Below are positions 41,524 through 50,882 of a stretch of 64,000 bases of DNA, in pieces. Where the stretch lies: NCBI GenBank assembly GCA_965243205.1, contig CBDEUK010000002.1:480001-544000 (forward strand), given 5' to 3'. The stretch comes from Gammaproteobacteria bacterium (GTDB lineage Bacteria > Pseudomonadota > Gammaproteobacteria > Eutrophobiales > Eutrophobiaceae). The position numbers were made by a program, and so were the translations under genes. Under the pieces are notes generated by a model. The model saw only the letters and a program-made list of their open reading frames with translations, did no database searches and was not told the origin of the DNA. Each line of letters opens with the position of its first letter. Positions within the stretch are counted from its first letter, which is position 1.

Positions 41524-42981
41524 TTATTGATCTTTATTTATTCTTAATTCTATAAGTTTTGAAACAAGTCGTTTTATATTCACTTGGTCAAATACTGGAT
41601 ATTGAACGACTGATTGTAATTCACCAACTGCTAAAACTTCCTCTACGGTTAGTTTAATCAATGATTGCTGTAAATTAATACGTTCTAATTCTGCACGTAA
41701 AAACTCTAATCGATCAATTGCACCCAACTCATATTGAGTTTGAATTATCTCATGTCTTTGATGAAATTGGTCTAATAAATCAAGTGCTATTTTTCTCGCA
41801 ACAACACGTAAATTAAAATCATTTAATCGATATTGAATTTGATTAAGCATTTTAGTTTGCATAGAAATAATTTGTTGTTGTTGTTTTTCTCTAACCTTCA
41901 TCGCTTTATCAATTGCTGGTTCATTGTTATGCAATAAAGGTAAAATCCAACTTAATCCTAAGGAAAGTATTTGATCGCCTTGATCATAAACAAACCCAGG
42001 TGACAAATTAACATCAGGGTATTGCTGTTCGATTTGTAATTTTAATTCTGCTTCGTTTCTCAAATAAGTTTGTAATGCTATTAAAAAATCTGTGCGTTGA
42101 TGAATTGCGGCTTCTTTTAAATCTTGTTCTGATAAATCAAAACTTGTATAAAATTCCAAATCTAATGTGAAAAAGAGTTCTGTAATATCCAAGGCTCTTT
42201 TATCAACACCTATCAAAGTCAATATCGTATGATATGCCTGATGCATGTTTCTAATATATTGAGTCTGCTCCAATAATTCACGTTGCAGACTTAATCGCGC
42301 TGTTGAGATTTCAAAGTTACTTGCTTCACCAAACTCTCGACGTTTTAATAATAAATCTACTACTTCAGCTTTTATTTCAATTTCTTTTTTTAAAATATTC
42401 AACTGGTATTTATTAAGATAAAATTCCCAATAAGCTCGATAAAGATTTAAATATAATTCCCATGCCTTATTTTCTATCTGCAATTTTGATTGCTGTATAT
42501 TTGCTTCAGCGATTAAGGTTTTTGCATCGCGCTTACCTTGGCGTTCGTAAAAGAAGCTTTTAACTAATCCAATTGTCCAGGGTGAAAAGCCATCAAATAT
42601 TTCGCTGTGATATTCAAGAGGAATTTGTATGGTGGGATTGGTACGTGTTAATGCAACAATTTTTTGAGACTCTTGTATTGGGATGTCTTGAATCAAGGTT
42701 TGTATTTCAGGGTTGAAATACAACATAGATACCGTTAAAAAATCTAAATCTTTATTATCAATATTGAAACTTGCTATTTCAGATTGGATAATTTTTTGGA
42801 ATGACTCATCACTGAATGCTTTATCATCTATTTGATGATAAATATCATCCGTATCTATCGGCTCAGCGATATATTCTTGCTTAGTACACGATACTAAAAC
42901 AAACACAATCACTAAAATGAATGGTATTAGACATGAAGTGAGTTTGCTTGAGCTTTTGTTATTATAGTGTTTAATATTCAA
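41524..42981 (-). CDS. TolC/CzcC-family outer-membrane factor (lipoprotein)
   Basis: LVSC lipobox, ERQGKR and QYPDVNLSPG; first gene of the RND operon; exact start uncertain. Confidence 0.85.
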   Translation of the reverse strand: MNIKHYNNKSSSKLTSCLIPFILVIVFVLVSCTKQEYIAEPIDTDDIYHQIDDKAFSDESFQKIIQSEIASFNIDNKDLDFLTVSMLYFNPEIQTLIQDIPIQESQKIVALTRTNPTIQIPLEYHSEIFDGFSPWTIGLVKSFFYERQGKRDAKTLIAEANIQQSKLQIENKAWELYLNLYRAYWEFYLNKYQLNILKKEIEIKAEVVDLLLKRREFGEASNFEISTARLSLQRELLEQTQYIRNMHQAYHTILTLIGVDKRALDITELFFTLDLEFYTSFDLSEQDLKEAAIHQRTDFLIALQTYLRNEAELKLQIEQQYPDVNLSPGFVYDQGDQILSLGLSWILPLLHNNEPAIDKAMKVREKQQQQIISMQTKMLNQIQYRLNDFNLRVVARKIALDLLDQFHQRHEIIQTQYELGAIDRLEFLRAELERINLQQSLIKLTVEEVLAVGELQSVVQYPVFDQVNIKRLVSKLIELRINKDQ

Positions 42982-43082
42982 ACTTCGTCTACTATCTTGT
43001 TGAATAATATGATAAATGCCATATTAACCGAATCCTGTTTATTAATCATGTAACATTATTCTGAAACGACAGTCATATCGAT

Positions 43083-44033
43083 ATGTTCAATAAATTACCC
43101 ATACTATTATCTTGTACATTATTCTGGTTTGGCCTAATACCATCTATTAGTCAAAGCGAAAATGCTAGCGATACTCAAAAGGTGGCATGTGAACCATACC
43201 AGTTACCAATCAGTTCAGAAAACATCCGCGATTATTCAGATTACCCCTATACAGAATCTCTTATCTGGAAGGCAGTAAAAGACGATAAAGTAAATTTCCT
43301 GTACGGAACCATCCATACTCAGGACCAAATGGCCACGCGATTCCCGCCGCAGGTCCGTCTAGCCATTTATCAAAGCAAAACTTATTTAATGGAAATCCAA
43401 CTTAGCCAGGAAACCAATGATATTTTTCAACAAGCCATGTTTTATAAAGATGGTGAGTCATTAAAAGGAAAAATCGACCCTATCCTGCTCAATATTCTAG
43501 GAAACCAGTTGTCACAATATGGTTACGAAACCAATGATGCCAAACGTATCAAACCCTGGGCTGCGTTCAGCACCATCGGAGCACCAAAACCCACCAGGCA
43601 ACCAAGCCTGGATCAGGTTTTAATGAATTACGCTGGCTCACGAGGCTTAGAAGTCATTGGCATCGAGACCATGCAGGAACTAGTTGATTCTCTAGCCAGT
43701 ATATCCAAACAAGATCAGCTGACTATTCTTGGCGATACCATTTGTAATCGCTCCAAAATCATTGCAGATACCAAGCAACTTGTGGATATGCATATGCGAA
43801 ATAACCTACTAGGGTTGGTCAAATTTAATGAGCAGCCTCATCAAGATGAGGCTTTATTCGAGCGTTATATGCAGACCATGGTATTTGATCGAAACCAACG
43901 AATGCATGATCGTATCCTGCCTTATTTCGAAAAAGGTGCCACAACTGTCGCAGTAGGAGCTTTACATCTTCCTGGTGAAAAAGGTTTATTGAAATTGCTT
44001 GAACAATCTGGATTCAAAATAAGTCCGCTTTAA
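43083..44033 (+). CDS. TraB/GumN (TIKI-like) family protein
   Basis: Signal peptide, LYGTIH, GIET..E, RN..M and AVGALHLPG..GLL.LL. Confidence 0.88.
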   Translation: MFNKLPILLSCTLFWFGLIPSISQSENASDTQKVACEPYQLPISSENIRDYSDYPYTESLIWKAVKDDKVNFLYGTIHTQDQMATRFPPQVRLAIYQSKTYLMEIQLSQETNDIFQQAMFYKDGESLKGKIDPILLNILGNQLSQYGYETNDAKRIKPWAAFSTIGAPKPTRQPSLDQVLMNYAGSRGLEVIGIETMQELVDSLASISKQDQLTILGDTICNRSKIIADTKQLVDMHMRNNLLGLVKFNEQPHQDEALFERYMQTMVFDRNQRMHDRILPYFEKGATTVAVGALHLPGEKGLLKLLEQSGFKISPL

Positions 44034-44037
44034 ACTA

Positions 44038-44283
44038 TTATTTTTGATATTTTTCTTTCCATTCTTGGTAGGTCATTCCATACACATATTCTCTCGCATC
44101 ATCGTATGACATTTCACTGCCCTGCTCTTCGGCAGCTGCTAAATACCATTTTGCTAAACAATTACGACAGAAACCTGCTAAATTCATCAAGTCGATATTT
44201 TGTACTTCTGTGTGCTCACGAAGATGCTCCAGTAAACGACGAAATGCTGCAGCTTCAAGTTCTGTTTGGTTTTGATCTTGCAT
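44038..44283 (-). CDS. DUF1244 family protein
   Basis: ELEAAAFRRLL.HL, VQNIDLMNLAGFCRNCL and YGM.Y.EWK; the real start is probably 44283, not the ORF-track 44505. Confidence 0.88.
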   Translation of the reverse strand: MQDQNQTELEAAAFRRLLEHLREHTEVQNIDLMNLAGFCRNCLAKWYLAAAEEQGSEMSYDDAREYVYGMTYQEWKEKYQK

Positions 44284-44359
44284 TTTTTTAATTACCATTT
44301 TGTTGCGGTGTAACAATCTTGTACTATAGAGAAAAAACACTATTCGGAAAACAATAATA

Positions 44360-45700
44360 ATGACCAATAAAACAATACCAGAAAATTTACACAAAGTTGT
44401 CATTGTCGGTGGTGGTGCTGCTGGCCTAGAACTGGCAACAAAGCTAGGTAAAAAATTCGGCAAAAAGAAAAAAGCACAGATCATGTTGATCGATTCTGTT
44501 CGCACACATCTCTGGAAACCTTTATTACACGAAGTAGCCGCTGGTAGTTTGAACTCATATGGCGATGAAACCGGATATATGGTTCACGCACATGTTAACC
44601 ACTTCTTATTTCGTTTAGGCAAAGCAATCAAAGTTGATCGAGAAAAACAGTTGGTCATCACTGCCCCTCAAGTCGATGAAGATGGCAATGAATACATTCC
44701 TTCACGTTCTTTCGAATACGATACTCTTATTCTAGCCGTCGGCAGTGTTACAAATGATTTTGGCATTAAGGGTGTAAAAGAACATTGCTACTTCCTAGAT
44801 AGTCGTGAGCAAGCAGATAAATTTCACCAAGATTTACTGAAATCCGCCTATATCGCACATACACAGGAAACTCCATTAAAAGAGGGCCAATTGCACGTTG
44901 CTATCGCTGGTGCAGGCGCAACTGGTGTTGAACTTGCCGCGGAATTACATGAATCAATCCGTGAATTAGCCACGATGGGTCTAAATCGGTTTGACCCTGA
45001 AAACGATATTGAGATCCATATCATTGAAGCTGCGGATCGTATCTTACCTGGCCTGCCAGAGCGGTTATCCGCACAAACTGCAAAAACTCTGGAAAAGCTA
45101 AATGTTCAACTACATACCAGTGAGCGTGTGAGCGAAGCTACTAAAGAAGGTTTTAAAACAGAAAGTGGCGAGTTGATCCCCGCTGAGATAAAAGTTTGGG
45201 CTGCAGGTATTAAGGCCCCTGAATTTCTGGCCGAGATAGATGGACTAGAAACCAATAGAATAAATCAATTATCAGTACATAAAACCTTACAAACTACCAA
45301 TGACGAAAACATTTTCGCGATGGGCGATTGTGCAGCCTGCCCTATGGAAGATGGGAAATTTGTTCCGCCAAGAGCTCAAGCTGCCCACCAACAAGCATCT
45401 TTATTATATAAATCAATCAAATACCGTCTAGCCGGTAAAGATAAGATGCCTGAATACAAGTATGTAGATTATGGCTCATTGATCAATTTAAGTAGTTATA
45501 CCACTGTAGGCAGTTTAATGGGAACCGTCTCGCGCAAATTCTCGAGTCGGGTGTTTATTGAAGGTGTCATTGCTCGCTTTGTATATTGGTCATTGTATAA
45601 AATGCACCTCATGGCGATACACGGTTTCATTCGCACAACCTTCATGACGATTGCCAACTTTTTAACAATGAAAACCAAACCAAGAACAAAACTGCACTAG
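44360..45700 (+). CDS. ndh: Type II NADH dehydrogenase
   Basis: VVIVGGGAAG, HLWKPLLHEVAAG, GAGATGVELAAEL and VPPRAQAAHQQA. Confidence 0.93.
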   Translation: MTNKTIPENLHKVVIVGGGAAGLELATKLGKKFGKKKKAQIMLIDSVRTHLWKPLLHEVAAGSLNSYGDETGYMVHAHVNHFLFRLGKAIKVDREKQLVITAPQVDEDGNEYIPSRSFEYDTLILAVGSVTNDFGIKGVKEHCYFLDSREQADKFHQDLLKSAYIAHTQETPLKEGQLHVAIAGAGATGVELAAELHESIRELATMGLNRFDPENDIEIHIIEAADRILPGLPERLSAQTAKTLEKLNVQLHTSERVSEATKEGFKTESGELIPAEIKVWAAGIKAPEFLAEIDGLETNRINQLSVHKTLQTTNDENIFAMGDCAACPMEDGKFVPPRAQAAHQQASLLYKSIKYRLAGKDKMPEYKYVDYGSLINLSSYTTVGSLMGTVSRKFSSRVFIEGVIARFVYWSLYKMHLMAIHGFIRTTFMTIANFLTMKTKPRTKLH

Positions 45701-45964
45701 ATAACATCTAAATACAATGCGTACCCCTTAAGAAGTTTCCGTTTTCTGGAACGTAAACAGGGATGTTTACTTATAGGAATTATTTTTGATTTCTATACTG
45801 CCTGAATTTCTCATAATTTATTCATAAATGTCTTGATATAGATTTATTTTTGCTAACTGATTGAATAACATACTCTTTTAGCTGTTTAAGCAGATGCACA
45901 ACCGTTTTGTAAAAGATTAAATCGCTATTATTTGTAATAACAATTGATTGGAGCTCTACAAAAA

Positions 45965-45979
45965 CAGGAATTCCTCCTA
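45965..45979. promoter_or_regulatory. GGA-N5-TCC palindromic box upstream of the TonB-dependent receptor
   Basis: CAGGAATTCCTCCTA, about 90 nt before the ATG; similar boxes at 50718, 53371, 60011 and 60033. Confidence 0.5.
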
Positions 45980-46064
45980 AAATATAAAGTAATAATAATC
46001 CAAAAAACCTAATAAAAACCTATAATTACTAGTGTTTTTGAACTTATTTTGTTAACTTAACAAG

Positions 46065-49000
46065 ATGAGTTTGTTTCATTGCTTAAAAACGATAATTATC
46101 GGTTCGATGGTCGTGGCCATATGTCCTGCGTCTGCGAACCGAGAACTTGCTAATCATCTCCATGATGATTTTCTAGAGCAATCGATTCAATTCAAGCTAA
46201 TGAACCCTCATCGCCGATTTGTTGACCAATCTGCACTATTCAAAATTGATCCTCAGAGGAACTTCCTATTAGCTCAGGTAGACGACCTCGATATTGACTT
46301 TGGAGAGTATGGAGAAGAAGAAGCGTTAGAAGAGTTTGAGGAAGAATACCAAGAAGAAATTGAAGCATTAGAGCAAACTGAACCTGAAATAATAGAACCA
46401 GTAGAAGAAATCGTCGAGCAAGAACCTCTCGTAGGGCCTGAGGAAGTAACTACGTCTACAACAGAAGAAGAGGTGTTTGCAGATGATACAAGTGAAATAA
46501 TCATTGATGATGAACAGGAGACAATTCTAGAAGAGGCACCCACCAATGAAGTTGTCGATGACGGTACTATTTTCATTGACCCTACAGAAGAAACTGCTCC
46601 TATTGAATTTGAAGAAGAACTTGTAGATGAAGCAGATGAGCTTATCGAGGAGATACCTGAAGAAGTTGCGGATGATGAAACTTCCCCTGAGATCCTCGAA
46701 GTCGATGATGTTGAAGTAATTGGTGAACCATTTAAACTCATCACTCCCTTACCGGGCGTCGACTTCGACGAAGACCAAATCTCGACCAATATCCAAACTG
46801 CTACTGGAGAAGACATAAAGAAATCCGGTGCCATCAATGCAACGCAGTTTCTCAATGAACAACTGCAATCGATCACAGTCAGTGATAACTCAGGTAATCC
46901 ATTCCAACAAGACGTTAATTTCCGCGGCTTTTCTGCCTCTCCTCTAATTGCAACACCACAAGGTCTCTCCATCTATATCGATGGAGTTCGAGTTAATGAA
47001 TCCTTTGGCGATGTCGTCAATTGGGATCTAATCCCATTAAATGCCATCGATTCGGTAGCGTTAGTCCCAGGAGCAACACCGCTCTTTGGTCTGAACACCA
47101 TCGCAGGCGCTTTAACCCTGTCGACCAAGACAGGATTTTCTTCACCAGGAGTTGATGCAGCCGCTCGCTACGGAAGTTGGAATCGACGCCAACGTGAACT
47201 CACAATTGGAGGAAATAATGGGTTAGTAGGTGCATTTGTGGCCTACAATCGGGTACAAGAAGATGGCTGGCGTAATAATTCCCCATCAGACGTAGAACAA
47301 ATATTTGGTCGTGCTGATGTTACAACCGACATGCTTAATTTAAGCTTTTCAGGACTAGCTGCTGATAATTCCTTAGTAGGTAATGGTACTGTCCCATTTA
47401 GTGATTTTGAAATCGATCCTGAACAAATTTACACATCACCGGATATAACAAATAACTCAGTCAATCACTTTAATATGACAGCTACTTTGACCCCTAACGA
47501 TAATACTTCTATATCAGCCCTTGCTTACCATCGTGGGGTTAATCAGACTACAATTGGTGGTGATTTCTGGGATGATTTTGAACGAGCGGTCGACGGTCGT
47601 CTGGGCTACTTTTGCGATAGATTTGCTGCTCCTGGTCAACCAGCCAATGGAGCTGGAACAGGTGATCCAGGCGTTCCTGGTTGTTATCCGAATGGTGTTT
47701 TAAATCAAGGCGGGTTAGAACAGGATACCTATGGTGCTTCACTACAACTAAACTGGGTTACCGAGCGTAATCAAGCCGTTTTTGGAGCTACGTTTGATAA
47801 ATACAACGTTGAATTTAGTCAGAGTCAATTATTAGGCTTCATTGAATCGGATCGCAGTGTCGTAGCTGACCCGACGCGCTTAGTAGGAGCAAATCTCATA
47901 GGCGCTCCGTTTTTTGATGACCCTCAAGTTTTTATTAATCTTTGCGTCTTATCCGGACAAACACTTGCAACATGTCAAGAGCTCTCAAGGCAGGATGAGC
48001 TCGGTCGCATCAACTTTGCAGCAGAAAATCCCATTCTACGAAACCGTGTTAAGGGCGTAGGAACCAACGCTGCCTTCTTTTTATACGATGCTTTCAATGT
48101 TACACCTAAGCTCACAACAACTTTGGGACTAAGGTACAACCGCACTCGTGTACAAAACCAGGTGCAGGCGGATGCACCTACTCCCCTTTGGACATTTGAT
48201 CGAGCCACATTCGAAAATACAATATTGCAGTGCCGTCTCGATCCAACCGATCTAGTTAGTCGTTTGCAATGTACTTCAGAGGACATTGTATTTAAGTCTT
48301 GGAACCCAGCCCTCGGTATAACCTATGCCTTAAATGAATCCACAAGTACATTCGCCAACGTTAGTGTAGGAACGCGTACTCCATCTGCTATAGAACTCGC
48401 ATGTGCACGTCCTGCAGATGAAGATATCCAACAAGGGCTTATCGTTGGTTGTACGATTCCGACAAACTTTACGGCTGATCCACCCCTAGAACAAGTTCGA
48501 TCTACTTCTTATGAGATTGGCACACGAATGCAGTTTAATAATGGAATTGATGCCAATCTGGCTTTTTTCCGAACGGACCTTAAAAATGATATCTTATTTT
48601 TATCGCTTGGCCGTGGTAATCGTGGAGTATTTGATAACTTTGGTGAAACTCGTCGCCAAGGTCTAGAATTGGGTCTTTCGGGTGACCATGGCCGTTTTAA
48701 TTGGTTTCTTAACTATACCTATCTCAAAGCAACCTTTGAATCAGAAGCAACCGTAGTTAATTCCTCAAATAGCACCGCGGCCAGAGGATTCAATGCGATA
48801 AACGAATTTACAGTGGACATAGGTGATGAAATTCCTGGCGTTCCTAATCATGCTATTCGAGCCGGGGTTGAATTTGCATTCACACCAAAATTCAGTCTAG
48901 GGCTGAATTTGATCGCACAAAGCGACTCGTTCGCCCGTGGTAACGAGAATAATGAACATCAAGCGGTCGGTAATGATGAATTCAGCAATGGTCAGTCTTC

Positions 49001-49361
49001 ATCAGGACCCTGTGCCCCCAATATTCAATTACCAGGCGGAGCTTGTTTTGAGGGCGGTCGACCGTTCATTGGAAGTGGCAGCATCAAAGCTTTTTGGATT
49101 CTGAATCTTGATGCCACATACCGTCCTACTAAACGACTGACGGTTTCATTAGCAGTTGATAATCTATTTGACAAAAGGTTTGCAACCGCAGGCAATCTGG
49201 GTTTTTCACCCTTTCAATCAGATTCTGTAAACTTCCCTGGTGCAGTGGATGCAGCTGGATTCAACTTCAATTCCTTCAACTGGAAACACGACCTCTTTGT
49301 CGGCCCAGGCGCCCCGAGGGCTGCCTGGTTGAGCTTGCGCTATACCTGGGATGGTTGGTAA
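46065..49361 (+). CDS. TonB-dependent receptor, LutH/LanA-like, with an acidic N-terminal extension
   Basis: TonB-box-like EVDDVEVIG; plug motif GNPFQQDVNFRGFSASPLIATPQGLSIYIDGVRVNESFGDVVNWDLIP; ELACA...CTIP.NF.ADPPLEQV; C-terminal PGAPRAAWLSLRYTW. The family link is from recalled motif similarity. Confidence 0.85.
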   Translation: MSLFHCLKTIIIGSMVVAICPASANRELANHLHDDFLEQSIQFKLMNPHRRFVDQSALFKIDPQRNFLLAQVDDLDIDFGEYGEEEALEEFEEEYQEEIEALEQTEPEIIEPVEEIVEQEPLVGPEEVTTSTTEEEVFADDTSEIIIDDEQETILEEAPTNEVVDDGTIFIDPTEETAPIEFEEELVDEADELIEEIPEEVADDETSPEILEVDDVEVIGEPFKLITPLPGVDFDEDQISTNIQTATGEDIKKSGAINATQFLNEQLQSITVSDNSGNPFQQDVNFRGFSASPLIATPQGLSIYIDGVRVNESFGDVVNWDLIPLNAIDSVALVPGATPLFGLNTIAGALTLSTKTGFSSPGVDAAARYGSWNRRQRELTIGGNNGLVGAFVAYNRVQEDGWRNNSPSDVEQIFGRADVTTDMLNLSFSGLAADNSLVGNGTVPFSDFEIDPEQIYTSPDITNNSVNHFNMTATLTPNDNTSISALAYHRGVNQTTIGGDFWDDFERAVDGRLGYFCDRFAAPGQPANGAGTGDPGVPGCYPNGVLNQGGLEQDTYGASLQLNWVTERNQAVFGATFDKYNVEFSQSQLLGFIESDRSVVADPTRLVGANLIGAPFFDDPQVFINLCVLSGQTLATCQELSRQDELGRINFAAENPILRNRVKGVGTNAAFFLYDAFNVTPKLTTTLGLRYNRTRVQNQVQADAPTPLWTFDRATFENTILQCRLDPTDLVSRLQCTSEDIVFKSWNPALGITYALNESTSTFANVSVGTRTPSAIELACARPADEDIQQGLIVGCTIPTNFTADPPLEQVRSTSYEIGTRMQFNNGIDANLAFFRTDLKNDILFLSLGRGNRGVFDNFGETRRQGLELGLSGDHGRFNWFLNYTYLKATFESEATVVNSSNSTAARGFNAINEFTVDIGDEIPGVPNHAIRAGVEFAFTPKFSLGLNLIAQSDSFARGNENNEHQAVGNDEFSNGQSSSGPCAPNIQLPGGACFEGGRPFIGSGSIKAFWILNLDATYRPTKRLTVSLAVDNLFDKRFATAGNLGFSPFQSDSVNFPGAVDAAGFNFNSFNWKHDLFVGPGAPRAAWLSLRYTWDGW

Positions 49362-49380
49362 AAATATCAAAAAAGAATTA

Positions 49381-50453
49381 AAAAGAAAGCCCCTTTAGTG
49401 GGGCTTTCTGAATCTTGAATTAGTAACTGTTTGTTACTTTGTAGGTTTTATTAAGGAAAGGCAGAACTTTTTCTTACTAAACCGCTTTAAACCGAGCGGC
49501 TCCAACCCCGATAACCCCAAGTGCTACAGCCAAACCGAGAATTCCCAACCATGGTAAAGGAACCTGTTCAGTATTGCTGCTACATTCTACTGAGACAAAA
49601 CCCGGTAAGAAAATAGAAACCTGAGTTTGTCCCTCCTCGCCAGCTTGATTAAGTTCTAGAGAATTTGGCTGCTCTTCATAACATTCAGCCGTAGTCTTCA
49701 AATGAAAATACATAGAGGTAGGATTAAGTTCACTAACGTTAAGATCCGTTTGAAACCGCACCACATCTGGGTCAAAAGGTGTGGCACCCCCAAGGGTTTT
49801 AGCCGTAGTCCGTGCTACGTTATATAATCTTAAGCCTCCCTCACGTCGCTCCGAGCTCGCGGCTTGCACAGTGTAACCATCGTTTCCAGAACGTAGAATA
49901 TAATTGAATTCAGATTCGTTTACGACCGCACCAGCACCTTCAGGAAGGGTTGGTTCAAGGTCTACTCGCAAAGATAACACCAATGAATTATCCGTAGTAT
50001 CCGTAAAAACACTATCCGTAATAGTACCGACGGTGACTGGTCCAGTCGCTGGATCAGACAATCCAAGTACTTGCGACCGATCTAGGACAAGGTCGCGTAC
50101 TTTTTCTTCAACTAAGGTAAGACGCTCAGGGGCATCGAAAATATCGAGCGTAGTCGTACCCACCACCACATCATCAATGTCAGGTCCGTTACAATCGAGA
50201 TTCGCGTTGGTGATGAACAGTCGATTTATACCGCTGATTGGAACTCCTGGATTACCGCTGGAAATGTTTTCGCAATCCAGGGCATAAAACACATCTGACG
50301 TAAGTTGCGCAACACCATCAACTCGCGTTCCGTCACTGGGAATGTCACAATAACCAGTTGCTAATTTGATATTGTTGTCAGTGCTAGTGCAATCTTTTGC
50401 TTGTACTCCAGATGCTATTAACATGAGCGAAATAATAATGATGCTGTATTTCA
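49381..50453 (-). repeat. Copy 1 of a ~1.07-kb direct duplication (gene, 3' region and terminator)
   Basis: Near-identical to 50883-51955 at an offset of 1502 bp. Confidence 0.97.
49384..49409. terminator. Terminator between the receptor and anchored-protein copy 1
   Basis: AGAAAGCCCC-TTTAGT-GGGGCTTTCT. Confidence 0.8.
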
Positions 50454-50472
50454 AACTTGGTGCTTTATACAC
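49477..50472 (-). CDS. Exported acidic protein with C-terminal VPLP-TM-basic (exosortase-type) anchor, copy 1
   Basis: Signal peptide ending VQA; six Cys; C-terminus EQVPLPWLGILGLAVALGVIGVGAARFKAV; GTG start after AGAGG. Confidence 0.8.
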   Translation of the reverse strand: MYKAPSLKYSIIIISLMLIASGVQAKDCTSTDNNIKLATGYCDIPSDGTRVDGVAQLTSDVFYALDCENISSGNPGVPISGINRLFITNANLDCNGPDIDDVVVGTTTLDIFDAPERLTLVEEKVRDLVLDRSQVLGLSDPATGPVTVGTITDSVFTDTTDNSLVLSLRVDLEPTLPEGAGAVVNESEFNYILRSGNDGYTVQAASSERREGGLRLYNVARTTAKTLGGATPFDPDVVRFQTDLNVSELNPTSMYFHLKTTAECYEEQPNSLELNQAGEEGQTQVSIFLPGFVSVECSSNTEQVPLPWLGILGLAVALGVIGVGAARFKAV

Positions 50473-50626
50473 AATTTTATACCTCTTCTGAACGATACTC
50501 TCTTTTTCAATATAGTAAGGAGTCTGAGTAACTCCTACAAATTAGCTTCTAACCTCTCATTCACGTTAGAGATCAGTTACAATAAGAGACTTGAAATTGT
50601 TCTGTCCATAAATCTAATTTGTGTCG

Positions 50627-50728
50627 TGACGAGTCGCTTATTATTCAATGATTAATTTGTAGAACAAACTAATTAGTTTAATCCCAATTTTATTATTAGT
50701 TATACATAATTTGTTAGGGATATCTTCC
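50627..50728 (-). promoter_or_regulatory. Conserved upstream module shared with the 52400-53239 gene
   Basis: TGACGAGTCGCTT (50627-50639) and GTTAGGGATATCTTCC (50713-50728), both identical to 53281-53293 and 53366-53381. Confidence 0.75.
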
Positions 50729-50882
50729 TGCTTATTTATTATGTAACACAATTTTCATATTTTGAACTGCTCTAGAAAAATTATATTTTTCATCTATATT
50801 ATTGAGATCACAGGGTTACCAAAGGCAAAACCACTTTGCTGAATAGCCAAACCCATTGATAAGGTTATGGATGGGAATAATA

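Noticed and set aside
44284-44505. N-terminal extension of the DUF1244 ORF
   Set aside because: It overlaps ndh in antisense; the conserved domain begins at about 44283.
46274-46972. Ser-rich 232-aa antisense ORF and other shadow ORFs (for example 14884, 22299, 49904, 51406, 53997, 55145)
   Set aside because: They lie opposite well-supported genes; the Ser runs simply mirror GAA/GAT codons on the coding strand.
50806-50880. c-di-GMP-I riboswitch-like words (GGCAAAACC, GGGTTACC)
   Set aside because: The order of elements is wrong, GACGCAAAG is missing, and the segment is on the opposite strand from the neighbouring genes.
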